Shown here: positions 15,645-17,694 of the stretch, piece after piece
How positions within the stretch are numbered: position 1 is the stretch's first letter
Layout: each line of letters begins with the position of its first letter
Assembly (NCBI GenBank): GCA_031372065.1
Contig: JANMKN010000240.1
Span: 1 to 17,694 of the forward strand
Length of the DNA stretch: 17,694 nt
DNA from: Abditibacteriaceae bacterium
GTDB taxonomy: Bacteria > Armatimonadota > Abditibacteriia > Abditibacteriales > Abditibacteriaceae
Direction: 5' to 3'
Program-made: the position numbers and the translations under genes
Notes under the pieces: model-generated
Told to the model about the DNA's origin: nothing
The model's input: the letters and a program-made list of their open reading frames with translations, nothing else
Database searches by the model: none

Positions 15645-16070
15645 ATGAAAAAATTATTCGGAGATTTCGTTGGCGGACGCGGCGCGACAGGATTGCTTTT
15701 GCTGCGTTTGTTTGTCGGCGCGGCGCTGATGATGCATGGTTGGCCGAAGATTCAGGCGCCGTTTAGTTGGATGAATAAAATGCCCAATCATCCGCCTGCG
15801 ATTTTGCAAGCCTTGGCCGCTCTTTCCGAATTCGGCGGCGGCTTGGCGTTGATTTTGGGTTTGTTTACGCCCTTAGCGTGCTTGGGCATCCTTTGCACGA
15901 TGGGATTTGCCATTTTGACGGCGCACAAAGGCCAGCCGTGGATTAGCACCAATCCCAAAGATCATCCTTTTGAAGCCGCTTCGTTTTATCTGGCAATGGC
16001 CGTCTTTTTCCTTATCGCCGGCCCCGGCGTGCATTCGCTGGATGCCAGCATTTTCGGAAAACGAAAATAG
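15645..16070 (+). CDS. DoxX family membrane protein
   Basis: 141 aa from ATG 15645 with GLLLLRLFVGAALMMHGWPKI, EFGGGLALILGLFT and GPGVHSLDA. Confidence 0.94.
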   Translation: MKKLFGDFVGGRGATGLLLLRLFVGAALMMHGWPKIQAPFSWMNKMPNHPPAILQALAALSEFGGGLALILGLFTPLACLGILCTMGFAILTAHKGQPWISTNPKDHPFEAASFYLAMAVFFLIAGPGVHSLDASIFGKRK

Positions 16071-16082
16071 AACAAAGGAAAC

Positions 16083-16134
16083 AAAACCAAAACGCGCCGG
16101 AGAATTTTCATTTTCTCCGGCGCGTTTTGGTTTT
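16083..16134. terminator. Bidirectional intrinsic terminator
   Basis: 22-bp perfect inverted repeat AAAACCAAAACGCGCCGGAGAA / TTCTCCGGCGCGTTTTGGTTTT with an 8-nt loop, between the convergent DoxX and VanW genes. Confidence 0.88.
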
Positions 16135-16162
16135 TCTACTCACCGACCACTGCCCACTACCA

Positions 16163-17458
16163 TCACGGGTGCGGCATATAATAATCGCGCGAGAGTTTTT
16201 CTTTCACGGGTTCTGTGCCTACTTGCGCGATGCGATAGGCTTCGGAAACGGTGCCTTTTTTGCGCGATACGATGCGCGTTTCGACCTCAAACTGGCCTTT
16301 GCGCGGCTGTGTGCTGAGAAGGCGCGCATGAAAGCGGCTGTTTTTCAAAAAAGTCTGCACGTAAATCGGCGCGCCGGTGTTGTTTTTAAAGCGAAAATCC
16401 TTGCTGCCCCAATAAATCGCGGCATCGCGCGAAGCGGGCACATAATTAACGCGAAACATATGCGGGTGGCGCTCAACAATCGGCAAACCGGCCAGCAAAG
16501 CGGCGTTGTAAATGGTGCTGGAACACTGGCAAATGCCGGAGCCAACGCCGCTGACAATCTGGCCCGATACGAACATTTTAGCTTCTTTCCAACCGTCTGC
16601 GGCGTTGCGCGGGCCAATCGCCTTATTGGCCGAAAACGTGGCGCCTGCGGGCACAACTTCGCCATTGACGAGTTTCGCGGCCATGCGCAAATTGTTGGTG
16701 CGCCCGCGAATTCCTGCATCGTAACGCGAGGAAAATTCGGCTAAAACATACGGATATTTTTCTACGCCGCTGTCGGCGTTTTTTGCGCTGTTTTGCGGCT
16801 TTTTCAGGCCCGGAACGCGCAAAATAACCAATTTTACATCCGATTGCGACGGCGTCGCTTCGACAGCGACTTTGAGGCGCAGGGCCGAGCCATCAATAGC
16901 CACATCTGCGTCTTCGATCTTGTCAGCGACAGCGCGCATTAGAATCTTGGCGGCTTCTAAATCCACTTCATAACGAAGTGGCACATCGCCCTTGTTTTGC
17001 CGCGCTTTGATGAGCAAATCTTTGTAAGGAATGCTGATGCCCGCTTGTTCGCGCGTGGCCGTCCATTTTTTTACGCCGTCATCAAGAACAATTTCTTCCT
17101 TGAGTTTGGGGTCGAAAGTCGCTTTGATTTTTTGATAAGCGGCCAAATCGGACAAGCCATAAATGTTCACGCCGCCGATACTGGCTGAAGGCGTTTTTGG
17201 AGGCACATTAAGGGGCGGGTTGTCGGGCGTGACGATAATCACTTCGCCCGCTGGTTGTCCGGCGCGCACCGGCGGCTGATTGAGCCACACCGGGACATCG
17301 GTGTTGACTTTCACATCGGAATCGGGCGCTTTAGTGGGCGCCGTTTTGGGCGCTTCTTTGGGTTTTTCTGGCGCGGCAGGCGCGGGCAACTCTTGCGCAA
17401 AAGCGATTTGAGTGCTGGCTAAAGTAACAACAGTGATGAAACGAAATTTTGGAAACAA
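16163..17458 (-). CDS. VanW-family exported protein
   Basis: C-terminal VanW domain: FSSRY...RTNNLRMAAKLVNGEVVPAGATFSAN..IGPR....GWKEA...GVGSGICQCSSTIYNAALLAGLPIVERHPH...YVP..RDAAI...KDFRFKN. Likely TTG start at 17458 after GAGGT (the ORF is open to 17524), with a signal peptide ending AFA/Q and a Pro-rich linker. Confidence 0.92.
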   Translation of the reverse strand: MFPKFRFITVVTLASTQIAFAQELPAPAAPEKPKEAPKTAPTKAPDSDVKVNTDVPVWLNQPPVRAGQPAGEVIIVTPDNPPLNVPPKTPSASIGGVNIYGLSDLAAYQKIKATFDPKLKEEIVLDDGVKKWTATREQAGISIPYKDLLIKARQNKGDVPLRYEVDLEAAKILMRAVADKIEDADVAIDGSALRLKVAVEATPSQSDVKLVILRVPGLKKPQNSAKNADSGVEKYPYVLAEFSSRYDAGIRGRTNNLRMAAKLVNGEVVPAGATFSANKAIGPRNAADGWKEAKMFVSGQIVSGVGSGICQCSSTIYNAALLAGLPIVERHPHMFRVNYVPASRDAAIYWGSKDFRFKNNTGAPIYVQTFLKNSRFHARLLSTQPRKGQFEVETRIVSRKKGTVSEAYRIAQVGTEPVKEKLSRDYYMPHP

Positions 17459-17694
17459 ATTCGACGACCTCGGCAAATAAAAATTCAATGATAGTTTGGC
17501 GCAAATGGAGCGCCGCGCAACCATAGATTGTGAAACAAGGTTATAATCCTTGCCTTAGAGTCTGTCTTCACGCTTTCAAGAAAAAGTGTTCCAGAGTGCG
17601 GCGAACGCTGATTACGGCAGAAATTCGGCAAAAATAGCAGAAAAATAGAAAGAAAAGTGGATGCAAGCAGCGAAATCGTTGAGAGAAGAACCGT

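Noticed and set aside
16163..17458. Vancomycin-resistance locus
   Set aside because: VanW domains are widespread outside van clusters, and no vanH/A/X/R/S genes are present.
17528..17547. Second Rex-like site TTGTGAAACAAGGTTATAAT upstream of the VanW gene
   Set aside because: Only one good half-site is present, and the second half does not match at the required 4-bp spacing.
17556..17694. Possible IS/MITE end (TTAGAGTCTGTC…) or start of a plus-strand gene at the right edge
   Set aside because: The region is truncated by the window, with no matching inverted end, transposase or clear RBS. The similarity to 1015-1030 is too short to be meaningful.

Overview
This is a gene-dense bacterial chromosomal window with about 17 protein-coding genes. 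No rRNA, tRNA, CRISPR array, transposase or phage gene was seen. The composition and gene set suggest an Armatimonadota/Abditibacteriota-like organism, which is an unverified inference. Recognisable genes are nuoJ, a small P-loop ATPase, a HAD phosphatase, a 7-repeat FG-GAP protein, a Nudix hydrolase, a sterol desaturase/fatty-acid hydroxylase, an HI0933/YhiN flavoprotein, sthA, a short secretin-like protein, a lipoprotein, a DoxX protein and a VanW-domain protein. There are also several hypothetical proteins, including a 716-aa secreted protein with two tandem copies of an unknown domain. The most notable signals are non-coding: (1) a sigma70-type promoter with an overlapping Rex-like operator in front of a nuoJ detached from nuoI; (2) a ~14-unit 20/21-bp tandem array at 8579-8862; (3) a 22-bp-period array ending in a palindrome at 4822-4920; (4) a 33-bp perfect inverted-repeat element at 12088-12209; (5) heptamer and GTAG-REP-like relics. 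A probable pseudogene with two in-frame stops lies at 1035-1349. I see no complete novel multi-gene system that the sequence alone can prove. The best candidates are the phased repeat arrays and the mini-secretin/lipoprotein/DoxX operon.
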